DNA from: an uncultured Actinomycetes bacterium
GTDB taxonomy: Bacteria > Actinomycetota > UBA4738 > HRBIN12
Direction: 5' to 3'
Assembly: GCA_963776425.1 (NCBI GenBank)
Contig: CAVZMG010000002.1
Span: 1,122,732 to 1,186,731 of the forward strand
Length of the DNA stretch: 64,000 bases
Both the position numbers and the translations under genes were made by a program. Position 1 is the first letter of the stretch, and each line of letters starts with the position of its first letter. The notes beneath the pieces were generated by a model. It made no database searches. It was not told the DNA's origin and worked only from the letters and a program-made list of their open reading frames with translations. This document shows, piece by piece, positions 30,430-42,505 of this stretch.

Positions 30430-33400
30430 TCATCCCGCGGAGCCGGGACTCGAATGCCACAGCCGGCGCGCGGGCAGAGCGGGTTCCGTCGGTGCTCTCA
30501 TCGCTTCTTGCAACCGTCCCTCACCTCTCGCGCGATGCAGCGCGGTGAGGTCCCAGACCTCCTCGGCGATGATACTGACGCCCCGCACGCCGGTCCGCCG
30601 GAGCTCGCCCCACACGGCCATCGCGTACGCATGGAAGACCGTCTTCGCGACCTTCGGCTGCACCGACTCGAAGACCGTGACCTCGATCGGACCGGTGGCG
30701 TCGTCGAGCGTCAGGAAGATGATCCGCTGGCCGCTGCGGATCGCGGGCGTCTGCGAGGCCACCTTCACACCGGCCACCATCAGGTGCTCGCCGCCGCGAT
30801 GGCGGTGCAGGTCCTTCGTCCGGGTCACGCCAAGGTCGGCCAGGAGCGGCTCGAAGAAGCTCACGATGTGGCGACTGGCATCCAGGCCGAGCACCTCCAG
30901 TTCGGCGCGCACCACCTCGGCATCGGAGTAATCCGCGAATCGATGCGCGGGAGCGGCGGCATCGGCGAGCGTGAGCTGATCCCCCTCGCGCTCGGGTGCG
31001 GCGGTCATCGCGGTGTACAGATGCGTCCGGCGGTTCGCCTCCGCGTCGGCGTCTCGGAGCCGGTCGAACGCCCCGGCATGGGCGAGCGCCTCGGTCACCG
31101 GCCGTGCCACCACGGTGCGTCGGAGGAAGTCGCCCACGTCTCGGAAGGGTCGGTCGGCGCGCGCCTGCATGATCGAACGGATCTCGGCGGCGCTGATCCC
31201 GTGGACGTCCTGCAGCGCCAACCGGATGCCGAGCGTGTCGTCGTCGGTCTCCTCGGCCACGTACTCGGCCTCGCTGTGGTTGATGTCGAGGGGCAGGATC
31301 GGGATGCCGTGTTGACGGGCGTCTTCGAGCAGGAGCCGTCGCGGGTACATCCCTGGGTCGTGGGTGAGGATGCCGGCGAGGAACTGGGCGGGGTAGTGCG
31401 TCTTCAGCCAGGCAGATTGGTAGGTCGGGACGGCGAACGCCGCCGCGTGCGCTTTGCAGAACCCGAAGCTCGCGAACTCCGCGACCGCGTTCCACGTCTT
31501 CTCCGCGGCGGCGTGATCCACCCCGCGTGCGGTCGCTCGTTGGAGGAAGTCGGCGCGGAACCCCGGCAGCAGATCCTCGCGGTCGAGGTGTCGGCGGATG
31601 TGATCGGCGTACGTGAGGTCGTAGCCGGCGAGTGCCGCGAGCGTCTTGATCACCTGCTCGTGGTAGACGATCACGCCGAACGTCTCCTTCAACGCCGGTC
31701 GCAGGTCCGGATGGATGTAGACGGGGCGCTCCATGCCCGATCGGCGGCGCAGATAGGGCTGGATCATGTCGGACTTCACCGGTCCGGGACGGAAGAGCGA
31801 GATGTCGACGATCAGGTCCGCCCATCGGGTGGGTTGGAGCTTCTGGAGCAGCTCGCGCTGTCCGGGCGATTCGATCTGGAAACAGCCGAGCGTGTCCGAG
31901 GCACGGATGCGCTCGAACGTGGGCTCGTCGTCGGTCGGGATGCGATCGAGGTCGACCTTCTCGCCGGTGGTCCGCGCGATCTCGTCCAGGGCGTGTCGCA
32001 TCGATGAGAGCATCCGGATCCCCAGGACGTCGAGCTTCAGGTAGCCGAGGAGCTCGACGTCGTCCTTGTCGGCCTGGATCATCCGGTGGCCGTTCGCGCT
32101 GCGCTCCAACGGCACCCTCGAGACGAGGTCCTGCGACGACAAGACGATGCCGCACGGGTGCAGTGCGATGTGGCGCGGGAAGCCGTCCAGGCGTTCGGCC
32201 ACGCGGAACAGCAGTTCGAGCTGGGGCATCGGCAGGTTGATGCCGTGGAGCTCGGGCAGACGCTCGACCGCCTCGCGCAGGTGCCGAGCCGAGATGTGCG
32301 GGAACGCCTTCGCGACCACCCCGAGCTCGGCGTCGGGCAAGCCGAGCGCTTTCCCGACCTCGCGGACGGCGGAGCGGGCCCGGTACGTGTCGACCATGGC
32401 GACGCAGGCCGCGCGGTCGTCGCCGTGGCGCGAGAGCACCATGTCGTAGACGTCCTCGCGCCGCGCCGACTCCACGTCGATGTCGATGTCGGGCGGCTCG
32501 TCGCGCATCGGGTTCATGAAGCGCTCGAACGCCAGGTCGTGACGGACCGGATCCACGTCGGAGATGCCGGTCAGATAGCAGACGAGCGAGCCGGCGGCCG
32601 AGCCGCGGCACGCGCAGCGGATACCCATCGCCTTGATGTCCGCGACGATGTCGGCGACCGTGAGGAAGTACGCGGCGAACCCCTGCCGGTGGATCATCGC
32701 GAGCTCATGATCGAGCCGATCCGTGACCTCGGAGGTGGGCTCCACGTCCCGGTCCTCGATCCCGCGCCAGCAACGCTCGGCGAGGACCGAGGTGGCGGAC
32801 CGGCCTGCCGGCACCGGGAAGTCCGGGAAGTGGACCTGTTCGAGACCCAGGTCGAACGAGCACGTTTCGGCGATCCCGAGCGTCGCGTCGCAGAGATCCG
32901 GCCGCTCGGCGAACAGTGCGCGCATCGCTCGCGCCGGTTTCAGCCAGCCCTCGGCGTTCTGCCGGGTGACGTGGTTGTGGGCGACCGGCACGATCGCGCG
33001 CATGCACTCGAGCGCATCGGCCAGGAACGCGTCCTCGGGCACCAGGTAGCGAACCGGATTCGTCGCGACGGCGCGGACGTCGAGTGCCTGCGCGAACCGG
33101 AGCATCGCGCGAAGCTCGTCGTGACTCTCGCGTTCCACGCGATGCTCGACGGCCATGACGCATCGATCCGCACCGAACGCCTCGCGGAACGGATCGGCGG
33201 CGCGACGGGCGGCGTCGGTCGCGCCCGCGACGGCCAGACGGCCGGGCGCAGAGCGCGGGCCGAGGAACGCGATCAGGCCGGCCGCGTGCGCGCAGATCTG
33301 GGTCGCCGTGAGCGACGGATCGCTGCGCTCGCCGAGCATGTGGGCGTCGGTGATGAGGCGGCAGAGGTTCGCATAGCCCTCGTCGTCTTGGGCTAGGAGC

Positions 33401-33678
33401 ACCACATGAACGGGTGGCTGCGGGGCTCGCCTCGCCGGGTCTTCACCGCGGATCGTGAGGGAGGCGCCGAGGAGCGGGTGGATGCCTTCGTGTTCGCAGG
33501 CTTTGACGAACCTCGCGGCACCGTAGAGGGCGTCGCGATCGGTGAGGGCGACGGCGGGCATGTCGAGCTCGGCGGCGTGACGCGCGAGTTGCTCGGGGGT
33601 GAACGCGCCTTCCTTCAGGGAGAAGCACGACCGGACATCGAGGTGCACGAAGGATGGATCGGCGCGGTTGTCGCTCAA
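30430..33678 (-). CDS. dnaE2: error-prone DNA polymerase III alpha paralogue DnaE2 (ImuC), TTG start
   Basis: 1082 aa, PHP domain N-terminus (HLDVRSCFSLKEGAF), pol III alpha core; LexA box 18 nt upstream. Confidence 0.9.
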   Translation of the reverse strand: MSDNRADPSFVHLDVRSCFSLKEGAFTPEQLARHAAELDMPAVALTDRDALYGAARFVKACEHEGIHPLLGASLTIRGEDPARRAPQPPVHVVLLAQDDEGYANLCRLITDAHMLGERSDPSLTATQICAHAAGLIAFLGPRSAPGRLAVAGATDAARRAADPFREAFGADRCVMAVEHRVERESHDELRAMLRFAQALDVRAVATNPVRYLVPEDAFLADALECMRAIVPVAHNHVTRQNAEGWLKPARAMRALFAERPDLCDATLGIAETCSFDLGLEQVHFPDFPVPAGRSATSVLAERCWRGIEDRDVEPTSEVTDRLDHELAMIHRQGFAAYFLTVADIVADIKAMGIRCACRGSAAGSLVCYLTGISDVDPVRHDLAFERFMNPMRDEPPDIDIDVESARREDVYDMVLSRHGDDRAACVAMVDTYRARSAVREVGKALGLPDAELGVVAKAFPHISARHLREAVERLPELHGINLPMPQLELLFRVAERLDGFPRHIALHPCGIVLSSQDLVSRVPLERSANGHRMIQADKDDVELLGYLKLDVLGIRMLSSMRHALDEIARTTGEKVDLDRIPTDDEPTFERIRASDTLGCFQIESPGQRELLQKLQPTRWADLIVDISLFRPGPVKSDMIQPYLRRRSGMERPVYIHPDLRPALKETFGVIVYHEQVIKTLAALAGYDLTYADHIRRHLDREDLLPGFRADFLQRATARGVDHAAAEKTWNAVAEFASFGFCKAHAAAFAVPTYQSAWLKTHYPAQFLAGILTHDPGMYPRRLLLEDARQHGIPILPLDINHSEAEYVAEETDDDTLGIRLALQDVHGISAAEIRSIMQARADRPFRDVGDFLRRTVVARPVTEALAHAGAFDRLRDADAEANRRTHLYTAMTAAPEREGDQLTLADAAAPAHRFADYSDAEVVRAELEVLGLDASRHIVSFFEPLLADLGVTRTKDLHRHRGGEHLMVAGVKVASQTPAIRSGQRIIFLTLDDATGPIEVTVFESVQPKVAKTVFHAYAMAVWGELRRTGVRGVSIIAEEVWDLTALHRARGEGRLQEAMRAPTEPALPARRLWHSSPGSAG

Positions 33679-33695
33679 TGGCCAAACTCCCAGAC

Positions 33696-33711
33696 TCGAA
33701 CAGGTGTTCGA
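33696..33711. promoter_or_regulatory. LexA (SOS) box TCGAAC-AGGT-GTTCGA immediately upstream of dnaE2
   Basis: Perfect match to actinobacterial/Gram-positive LexA consensus TCGAAC-N4-GTTCGA. Confidence 0.75.
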
Positions 33712-33817
33712 GTCTAAGAGGGTGAGACCTTCGCTGTCCAGACCCGATCGTGCATCAAGTCACGCACGCCTCACGGCACGCTTAGCCATCGATGAGGAAC
33801 GCTGATGACGCCTTTCG

Positions 33818-33973
33818 CTACTTGACGGGCTTGTTACTGACGGGCTTGGCGCCTGGCGCAGGTCCTTTCGGTGGCGGAGCCAGCTGATCGGCCGTCTTCG
33901 GACCTGCCGGGTAACCACCCCGCTCCGAGACCCCAGCCGACCGCTTGCCGCCGCTCTGAGCTGCCTTGCCCAT
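33818..33973 (-). CDS. small Lys/Pro/Gly-rich protein (51 aa), hypothetical
   Basis: ATG preceded by GAGGTGA SD at optimal spacing; MGKAAQSGGKRSAGVSERGGYPAGPKTADQLAPPPKGPAPGAKPVSNKPVK. Confidence 0.35.
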   Translation of the reverse strand: MGKAAQSGGKRSAGVSERGGYPAGPKTADQLAPPPKGPAPGAKPVSNKPVK

Positions 33974-33986
33974 GGTGGTCGTCACC

Positions 33987-34628
33987 TCACGCATCGATGA
34001 AGTCGAGATACTCAACCTCAGCCCACCTGACGAGGATACCCGAGCCGGTCGGCACGACGTCACCGTTCGCGTCAAGCTCGAACTCTCCCGTCTCGGGATC
34101 CACGGAGTACGCCTCAGCCACGAACAGATCCTGCTCGTCTGGATAGCCTGCCGCGTACGAATCGAGCCCTTCGCCCGCGCTCGAGAACGCTCCGCCGAGC
34201 CATACCCCGCTCTTGAGCCTGAATCGGACCCATCCGTCAGGTCGCAAACCGAACAGGTGATCCCAAGCCCGCGGGGCCGGAGAGGGTCCGGTGAACGCTT
34301 TCGACCACGGTCGTTTGTTCACCGTGCCGCGCCCGACGATCGCTCCCAACGCGATCGGGACGAAGACGTAGAGGAGCGGCAAGGGCCAGAGTGCGATCGG
34401 AAGATCCCCGTCTCGAAGGCGACCGGTGAGGACGAACGTCCGCCATGCCCATACGGTGAGGGGAGCCACGGTTGCCTGGAAGACCGCCGAGGCGCCGACG
34501 AATCTCAGAACACGGTCCGCGAACCCAACTCCCCAGGCTCCAACGAGCCGCTCGAAGGACCAGGTGTACAGAGCACCGGGCAGGAGCGCGACGATCAGCA
34601 CGACGAGCGCTTGGAACGTGTCCGGCAT
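33987..34628 (-). CDS. hypothetical membrane protein (213 aa; N-terminal TM helices plus an Asp/Glu-rich soluble C-terminal domain)
   Basis: Three predicted TM helices in first 110 aa, then soluble domain; in a LexA-box-headed gene string. Confidence 0.5.
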   Translation of the reverse strand: MPDTFQALVVLIVALLPGALYTWSFERLVGAWGVGFADRVLRFVGASAVFQATVAPLTVWAWRTFVLTGRLRDGDLPIALWPLPLLYVFVPIALGAIVGRGTVNKRPWSKAFTGPSPAPRAWDHLFGLRPDGWVRFRLKSGVWLGGAFSSAGEGLDSYAAGYPDEQDLFVAEAYSVDPETGEFELDANGDVVPTGSGILVRWAEVEYLDFIDA

Positions 34629-34691
34629 GGTCTGTCCTCGATGGTCCCTTCAACGAGATCACGCTATCCAGTAGGGCTGACAGGGCATGAC

Positions 34692-34937
34692 TCAGTCCCA
34701 GAGACGTTCCATGTGCCAGGCGTCCCGCTGGCGGTCGTGATACAGATCCCAGACCGCGCCGCCCTTGGCTTCGACGCGCCAGTACTCGCGGTCGCGACCG
34801 TCGGCCCACCAGCGCCCCTCGATCCGCCACCGACCGATCACGTCGACCACCTGGTAGCGCCTGCCCCGCCACAGGAAGACCGCCGGCATCCCCGCGTCCC
34901 GTTCCACCTGGACGTCTTCGTCGTAACGCTTCGACAC
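34692..34937 (-). CDS. small Trp/Arg-rich protein (81 aa), hypothetical, LexA-box preceded
   Basis: GTG start with GGAGGA SD; perfect LexA box 36 nt upstream; sequence ...RRYQVVDVIGRWRIEGRWWADGRDREYWRVEAKGG... Confidence 0.5.
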   Translation of the reverse strand: MSKRYDEDVQVERDAGMPAVFLWRGRRYQVVDVIGRWRIEGRWWADGRDREYWRVEAKGGAVWDLYHDRQRDAWHMERLWD

Positions 34938-34972
34938 CCGTCCTCCGCCTCGTCCTTCGGGGCCCTCGGGAA

Positions 34973-34988
34973 TCGAACGTATGTTCGA
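34973..34988. promoter_or_regulatory. second LexA (SOS) box TCGAAC-GTAT-GTTCGA
   Basis: Perfect TCGAAC-N4-GTTCGA palindrome in the divergent region between 34937 (minus gene) and 35066 (plus gene). Confidence 0.7.
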
Positions 34989-35065
34989 GAGGGGAAGGCG
35001 AATCTACTCCCGCGCTCCGACAGCCGTCAAGACGGTCATCCGGAGCCCAGGGTAGGTTCCGCACC

Positions 35066-35668
35066 ATGTGGGAGTCGGGGGATCCGATCATGATCCGGGA
35101 GGTCTGGAACGGGCGGGTGTTCGAGGCCCGGCCGGCTTCCGTGGTCCTCGACCTGCCGTTGCAGACGACGCTCTACGTCGCGCCGTTCGTCCGCTGCGGG
35201 GTGGCGATCGACGACGCGAACGTGGAGCTGCGTTTCCCCGACCGGCCATGGCACCTCTACATCCGCGAGCGCGGCGACTTCGGGGTGCTCTCGTTCGCGT
35301 GGCCGGACACGCCGTACTCGATCCTGCTGCTGTCGGAGCCCGACGGCTCGCCACGCGGTTGGTACGTGAACCTGCAGACACCGCTCGTACGCACCCCGCT
35401 GGGGTTCGACACCGTCGACCAGCTGCTCGATGTGCTGATCCCGATGGACCGGTCGTCGTGGACGTGGAAGGACGAGGACGAGTTGGCCGAGGGCATCGCG
35501 CTCGGACTGTTCACCGAGGACGACGCCGCGGCGCTCCGCTACTGGGGAGAGCGCGCGGTCGAGCACGTCTTGTTGCGGCTGCCGCCGTTCGACGAACCGT
35601 GGGAGGACTGGCGCCTCGACCCCTCGTGGCCCGTGCCGGAGCTTCCTCCCGGATGGGACGTGGTGTGA
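35066..35668 (+). CDS. DUF402-family protein (FomD-like nucleotide phosphatase fold), putative
   Basis: ~200 aa with DUF402-like core (GWYVNLQTP...DLDVLI); assignment from motif recollection. Confidence 0.45.
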   Translation: MWESGDPIMIREVWNGRVFEARPASVVLDLPLQTTLYVAPFVRCGVAIDDANVELRFPDRPWHLYIRERGDFGVLSFAWPDTPYSILLLSEPDGSPRGWYVNLQTPLVRTPLGFDTVDQLLDVLIPMDRSSWTWKDEDELAEGIALGLFTEDDAAALRYWGERAVEHVLLRLPPFDEPWEDWRLDPSWPVPELPPGWDVV

Positions 35669-35709
35669 ACCGCTAGGCTGCCGGTCCAGCCATCTCGAAG
35701 GAGCTCCGC

Positions 35710-36567
35710 ATGAGCGATGTTCCCGGCGGTCCCACGCCTCCGCCTCCTCCTCCCCCTCCTCCCATGATGGGAGGACCGCAGGGCGGCATCCCGCCCAAGG
35801 GGCTCGGCGACATCCTCTCGGCGGCGTTCAACCTCTACAAGGCGAACGCCTCGAAGCTCCTCGTGATCGTGGCGATCGTCGTCGTGCCCCTGTCGTTCAT
35901 CAGCTCCCTGCTGTCGGGAGTCGTGTTCGCCACGGGGACCACGACGGAGGTGATCTTCGGCAGGACGGTCGAAGTCCCGGTCACGCGCGGCATCTTCATG
36001 GGCTTGTTCGTCGGGGCGATCGGCGCGGCGATCTCGATCATCATCTGGGCGATCCTCGAGGCCGCGATCATCCGCGCAGCCGCCCAGGCGACGATCGGCG
36101 ACCCGGTCGACCCAGAGGCGAGCTACCGGTACGGGTTCAAGCGGATCGGCAGCGTCATCCTGGTCTCGCTGCTCGTCGGACTCGCCGTGTTCGGCGGCCT
36201 GATCCTGCTCGTGATCCCCGGTCTCATCTTCGCCGTCTTCCTGTGCGTGGCGATCCCGGCGCTCATCGTCGAGAACCGGCGAGGCACCGACGCGATGAGC
36301 CGATCATGGAACCTGGTCAAAGGACACTTCTGGCATACCGTGGGCGTGGTCGTCGTCGCGGGGTTGATCACCGGGGTCATCGACGGGATCATCAGCTCGA
36401 TCGGGGGCAACGCCTGGTTCACCCGCTGGGTCTTCACCGCGATCGCGACGGTCCTCACCGCGCCGTACTCCGCGCTCGTCCTGGTCCTGCTTTACCTGGA
36501 TCTGCGCGCGCGGAGCGAGTCGCTGACGGCGGACGCACTCCGGTCCGAGCTCTCCGGGAACGGCTGA
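35710..36567 (+). CDS. polytopic membrane protein with Pro-rich N-terminus (PPPPPPPPPMMGGPQGG)
   Basis: GAAGGAG SD; 6 predicted TM helices; first gene of a plus-strand string with 11/65/5-nt gaps. Confidence 0.5.
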   Translation: MSDVPGGPTPPPPPPPPPMMGGPQGGIPPKGLGDILSAAFNLYKANASKLLVIVAIVVVPLSFISSLLSGVVFATGTTTEVIFGRTVEVPVTRGIFMGLFVGAIGAAISIIIWAILEAAIIRAAAQATIGDPVDPEASYRYGFKRIGSVILVSLLVGLAVFGGLILLVIPGLIFAVFLCVAIPALIVENRRGTDAMSRSWNLVKGHFWHTVGVVVVAGLITGVIDGIISSIGGNAWFTRWVFTAIATVLTAPYSALVLVLLYLDLRARSESLTADALRSELSGNG

Positions 36568-36578
36568 GGCGTTCCCAA

Positions 36579-39076
<2,498 letters not shown>

Positions 39077-39081
39077 CTCAG

Positions 39082-40128
39082 ATGCCGGCGCTCCGGATCC
39101 TCGGCGGCATCGCAGCACTGGCGTACTTCATCCTCACGATCCGCCGCTACCGGCGCCGCCAGATCAGCCGGCTGAACCTGATCATCTCGTGCGCGCTCGC
39201 GATCGTGGTCGTGCTGCTCGCCGCGGCTCCATCGGCGTTCAACCCGATCTTCACGCGGTTCAACTTCGGCCCGGGCAACGACCGGCGTCTGATCTTCGTC
39301 CTGATGGTCGCCGTCTTGGTGCTGTTCGGACTCGTCCTGCGTGTGCAATCGATCTCCGACGTGAACGAACGGAGCATCCGGCTGCTCGTCGAGGCGCTGG
39401 GCCAGGAACGGTTCGACTGGGACCGCGTGGCGGCGCTGCCCGAGGGACCTCGATTGGTGACGATCTCGCCGGCGTACAACGAGGCGGAGAACGTCGCGGC
39501 GGTGATCGAGGCGATGCCGGCCGACGTCGAGGGGTACCGCGTCGTCCCCGTCGTGGTGAGCGACGGCTCCGAGGACGGGACGGCGAGAGTCGCACGCGAG
39601 GCCGGGGCGTTCGTCGCGGAGCTGCCGATCCGGCGCGGCGGAGGTCTCGCGCTCCGGGTCGGCTACGACGTCGCGCTGCGGATGGGCGCCGACATCGTGG
39701 TCACGCTCGATGCCGACGGACAGCATCTCCCGGAGGAGCTCGACGTGATGATCGGGCCGATCGTGCGAGGAGAGGCCGACTACGTCAACGGCTCACGCCT
39801 GCTCGGCGAGTTCGAGAAGGAGAGCACGATCCGGCACTTGGGGGTGCACTTCTTCTCCCGTCTGGTCACACTCCTCACCGGCACGCGCGTGACCGACATC
39901 TCGAGCGGCTATCGCGCGGCGCGCGCCGACCTGCTCCGTGACCTCGTGCTCGAGCAGGATCAGTTCTGGACGAGCGAGATCCTGATCGAAGCCCTCCGGC
40001 ACCGCGCGCGCATCGCAGAGGTCCCGGTCACGATCCTCGCGCGCAAAGGCGGCAAGTCGAAGAAGCCGAAGTCGTTGAAGTACGGCTGGAACTTCTCGAA
40101 GGTCATCATCCAGACCTGGCTCCGCTAG
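39082..40128 (+). CDS. membrane-anchored family-2 glycosyltransferase (DPM1/GtrB-like)
   Basis: Two N-terminal TM helices then GT-A domain (ISPAYNEAENV, VVVSDGSEDGT, DADGQH DxD motif); 5 nt after sqdB. Confidence 0.75.
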   Translation: MPALRILGGIAALAYFILTIRRYRRRQISRLNLIISCALAIVVVLLAAAPSAFNPIFTRFNFGPGNDRRLIFVLMVAVLVLFGLVLRVQSISDVNERSIRLLVEALGQERFDWDRVAALPEGPRLVTISPAYNEAENVAAVIEAMPADVEGYRVVPVVVSDGSEDGTARVAREAGAFVAELPIRRGGGLALRVGYDVALRMGADIVVTLDADGQHLPEELDVMIGPIVRGEADYVNGSRLLGEFEKESTIRHLGVHFFSRLVTLLTGTRVTDISSGYRAARADLLRDLVLEQDQFWTSEILIEALRHRARIAEVPVTILARKGGKSKKPKSLKYGWNFSKVIIQTWLR

Positions 40129-40643
40129 AACGGAACCAGGTCGGTGTCCCGCCGGAGGAGCCAGCCGATCATCGCGACGGGAAGGGTCACCCCGATCACG
40201 TAGACGACCTTCGCCCATCCGACGTCGAACGCGCCGACGAGACCGATGAACGCGGCGACGAACGGTACGGGTGCGACGACGCGCCAGGTCCGCCACTGCG
40301 CGCGGTCGCGGGTGGCGAGGGTGACGGCCCCGGCCGCAACCAGGGTCGCCACGGTCGCCAAGACCACGCCGATCACGTGCACGGTGCCGTGCCAGCTGAG
40401 CCCGGCGTTCGGCGCGTCCGTCGGGAACGCCAGGAGGACGTCGCCGGCGGCCACCGCGAGCATCCCGACCCAGGCGACCGGAGAGCCGAGCGCGGGACGG
40501 AGCGCGCCCAGCGCGAACATCGTGTAGCACGCGCCGAGCCACAGGAACGCGAGCGTCTGCGGGAGTCCGGGCCACCCGCCCAATGCCATGCTGCTCGGCC
40601 ACCCGGCCCAGCCCGCCGACCTGATCACATCGGGTCGCGCCAG
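40125..40643 (-). CDS. hypothetical membrane protein (about 170 aa, 5 TM)
   Basis: Hydrophobic ORF at end of psuG operon; long Arg-rich upstream extension of six-frame ORF judged spurious. Confidence 0.4.
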   Translation of the reverse strand: MARPDVIRSAGWAGWPSSMALGGWPGLPQTLAFLWLGACYTMFALGALRPALGSPVAWVGMLAVAAGDVLLAFPTDAPNAGLSWHGTVHVIGVVLATVATLVAAGAVTLATRDRAQWRTWRVVAPVPFVAAFIGLVGAFDVGWAKVVYVIGVTLPVAMIGWLLRRDTDLVPF

Positions 40644-40708
40644 CGCCATCGAGAACGACACCGTGAGGAAGCCGACCGGGCCCGCGATACCGGCGGCCGC
40701 CGCACGCC

Positions 40709-41614
40709 TCACGGAGAGGCGAGCGTCGCCGCCACCAACCCGGCGACCCGGGCGTTGTCCTCGAGGAGCGCCAGGTTGGCATCCAAGCTGCGGCCGTCCG
40801 TGATCTGGGCGAGCGCGGCGAGCAGGAACGGGGTTCGGGCCTTGCCATGCACACCGTCCCGCTCGGCCCGCGCCTCCGCCTCGCGAGCGACGACCGAGAC
40901 CTCGTCCGCGTGCATCGCATGCTCGGCCGGGACCGGGTTGCACAGGAGCACGGTCGTCATCACACCCAGATCCACGGTGGCTCGGGCGATCGCTGCGGCC
41001 TCGGCCGGGGTGTCGACCCGATGCTCCAGCTCCACGGGCGCCTCCCGGGCGAGGAAGAACGGCAGCCGGTCCACGCCGTAGCCGATGAGCGCGACGCCCA
41101 GTTCTTCGAGCTTCTCCGCCGTCGCGACCGGATCGATGATCGACTTCGGTCCCGAGCACACCAGCAGCCCCGGTGTGCGGGCGAGCTCCAGGAGGTCGGC
41201 GCTCACGTCGGGGTCGTCGCCGGGGTGCACGCCACCGATCCCGCCCGTCGCCGCGATCGGGATACCCGCGCGCATGGCAGCCCACACCGTCGCGCTCACG
41301 GTCGTCGCGCCGAGGCCGCCCGACGCGGTCGCGATCGGGACGTCACGCCGCGCCACCTTCGCCGCCGCGCCGGGCTCCGTGAACCGCTGGAGCTCGTCTG
41401 CATGCAACCCGACCACGACCGACCCATCGACCACCCCGATCCAGGCCGGGACCGATCCCGCCGAACGGATCGCATCGCCCATCCGCTCGATGCATTCCTG
41501 GTTCCTCGGCACGGGGAGGCCTTGACCGATCACGCTCGTCTCCAGCGCCACCACGCCCACGCCGTCGCGGAGGGCGGCCCGGATGTCGGCTCCAACGCGG
41601 AACGCCTCGTTCAA
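40709..41614 (-). CDS. psuG: pseudouridine-5'-phosphate glycosidase
   Basis: IndA/PsuG family blocks (ALETSVIGQGLP, ATGGIGGVH, LVCSGPKSI, LLCNP). Confidence 0.85.
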   Translation of the reverse strand: MNEAFRVGADIRAALRDGVGVVALETSVIGQGLPVPRNQECIERMGDAIRSAGSVPAWIGVVDGSVVVGLHADELQRFTEPGAAAKVARRDVPIATASGGLGATTVSATVWAAMRAGIPIAATGGIGGVHPGDDPDVSADLLELARTPGLLVCSGPKSIIDPVATAEKLEELGVALIGYGVDRLPFFLAREAPVELEHRVDTPAEAAAIARATVDLGVMTTVLLCNPVPAEHAMHADEVSVVAREAEARAERDGVHGKARTPFLLAALAQITDGRSLDANLALLEDNARVAGLVAATLASP

Positions 41615-42483
41615 CGGGCGTCCTCCGGCCAGGTCGCCGCGCTCCCGGCGACGATGGCACCCGCCCGGCAGGCACGGCGGAGCGCTTCCGCCGGGTCGGC
41701 ACCGCGCACGAGCGCGCTGAGCAGCACGCCGTCGAACGCGTCACCGGCACCCGTCGGATCCACGTCGTCGACGGGTTCCGCCGCCTCTTCCAGGATCGTG
41801 CCATCGAACGACATCGCCGCGCCGGCCGCGCCGCGCTTGACGCACGCGAGCCGATAGCGTTCGCCCAGTCGGGCCACCGCCTCGCGCCCGTCGGCCCCGG
41901 TCAGCAGCTCCGCCTCTCGTTCGTTCGCGAAGACGGCGTCGGCGCCGGCGGATGTGGTCCGTTCCAGGAACGCGTTCACACCGAACGCCTCCACCAGCGG
42001 CCACGAGGCCGCCTCGACCGCGGTGAACGTCGCTCGCGAGCGGCGCAGGGCCTCGAGCGCCACCGCCGTCGTCGGCTCCTGCAGGAGGAGGTATCCCGAG
42101 ACCAGCACCGCTCCGGCGTTCAGCTCCGCCGGCAGGTCCGCGTCGATCAGCCGGGCGTTGGCTCCCCGGTCGGCGACCATCGACCGCTCCCCCGCTTCCA
42201 CGACCACCAACATCGTGCCCGTCGGTGCCTCGCGGTCGAACGCGAGCTCAGGCTCCACGCCACGCTCGGTCAACGCCTCGGCGAGGAGGTGCCCCGGGAG
42301 ATCATCCCCTACGCGTCCATGCACCCGGGCGATCGCTCCGTCGTGCGCGGCCCACACCGCTGCGTTCGCCGACGTGCCCGCCGGGTGCAGGCGGACCCGG
42401 CCGTGCACGTCCCCACCTCGCTTCAACGACGGCGACGACACGTGAACGTCGACCATGACGTCGCCCACCGTGATCACGTCCAT
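41611..42483 (-). CDS. PfkB-family sugar kinase (pseudouridine kinase-like)
   Basis: PfkB signatures (GDVMVDV, DPTGAGDAF); coupled to psuG. Confidence 0.75.
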   Translation of the reverse strand: MDVITVGDVMVDVHVSSPSLKRGGDVHGRVRLHPAGTSANAAVWAAHDGAIARVHGRVGDDLPGHLLAEALTERGVEPELAFDREAPTGTMLVVVEAGERSMVADRGANARLIDADLPAELNAGAVLVSGYLLLQEPTTAVALEALRRSRATFTAVEAASWPLVEAFGVNAFLERTTSAGADAVFANEREAELLTGADGREAVARLGERYRLACVKRGAAGAAMSFDGTILEEAAEPVDDVDPTGAGDAFDGVLLSALVRGADPAEALRRACRAGAIVAGSAATWPEDAR

Positions 42484-42505
42484 GGCCGCAGAGAGTAGCG
42501 GGACG

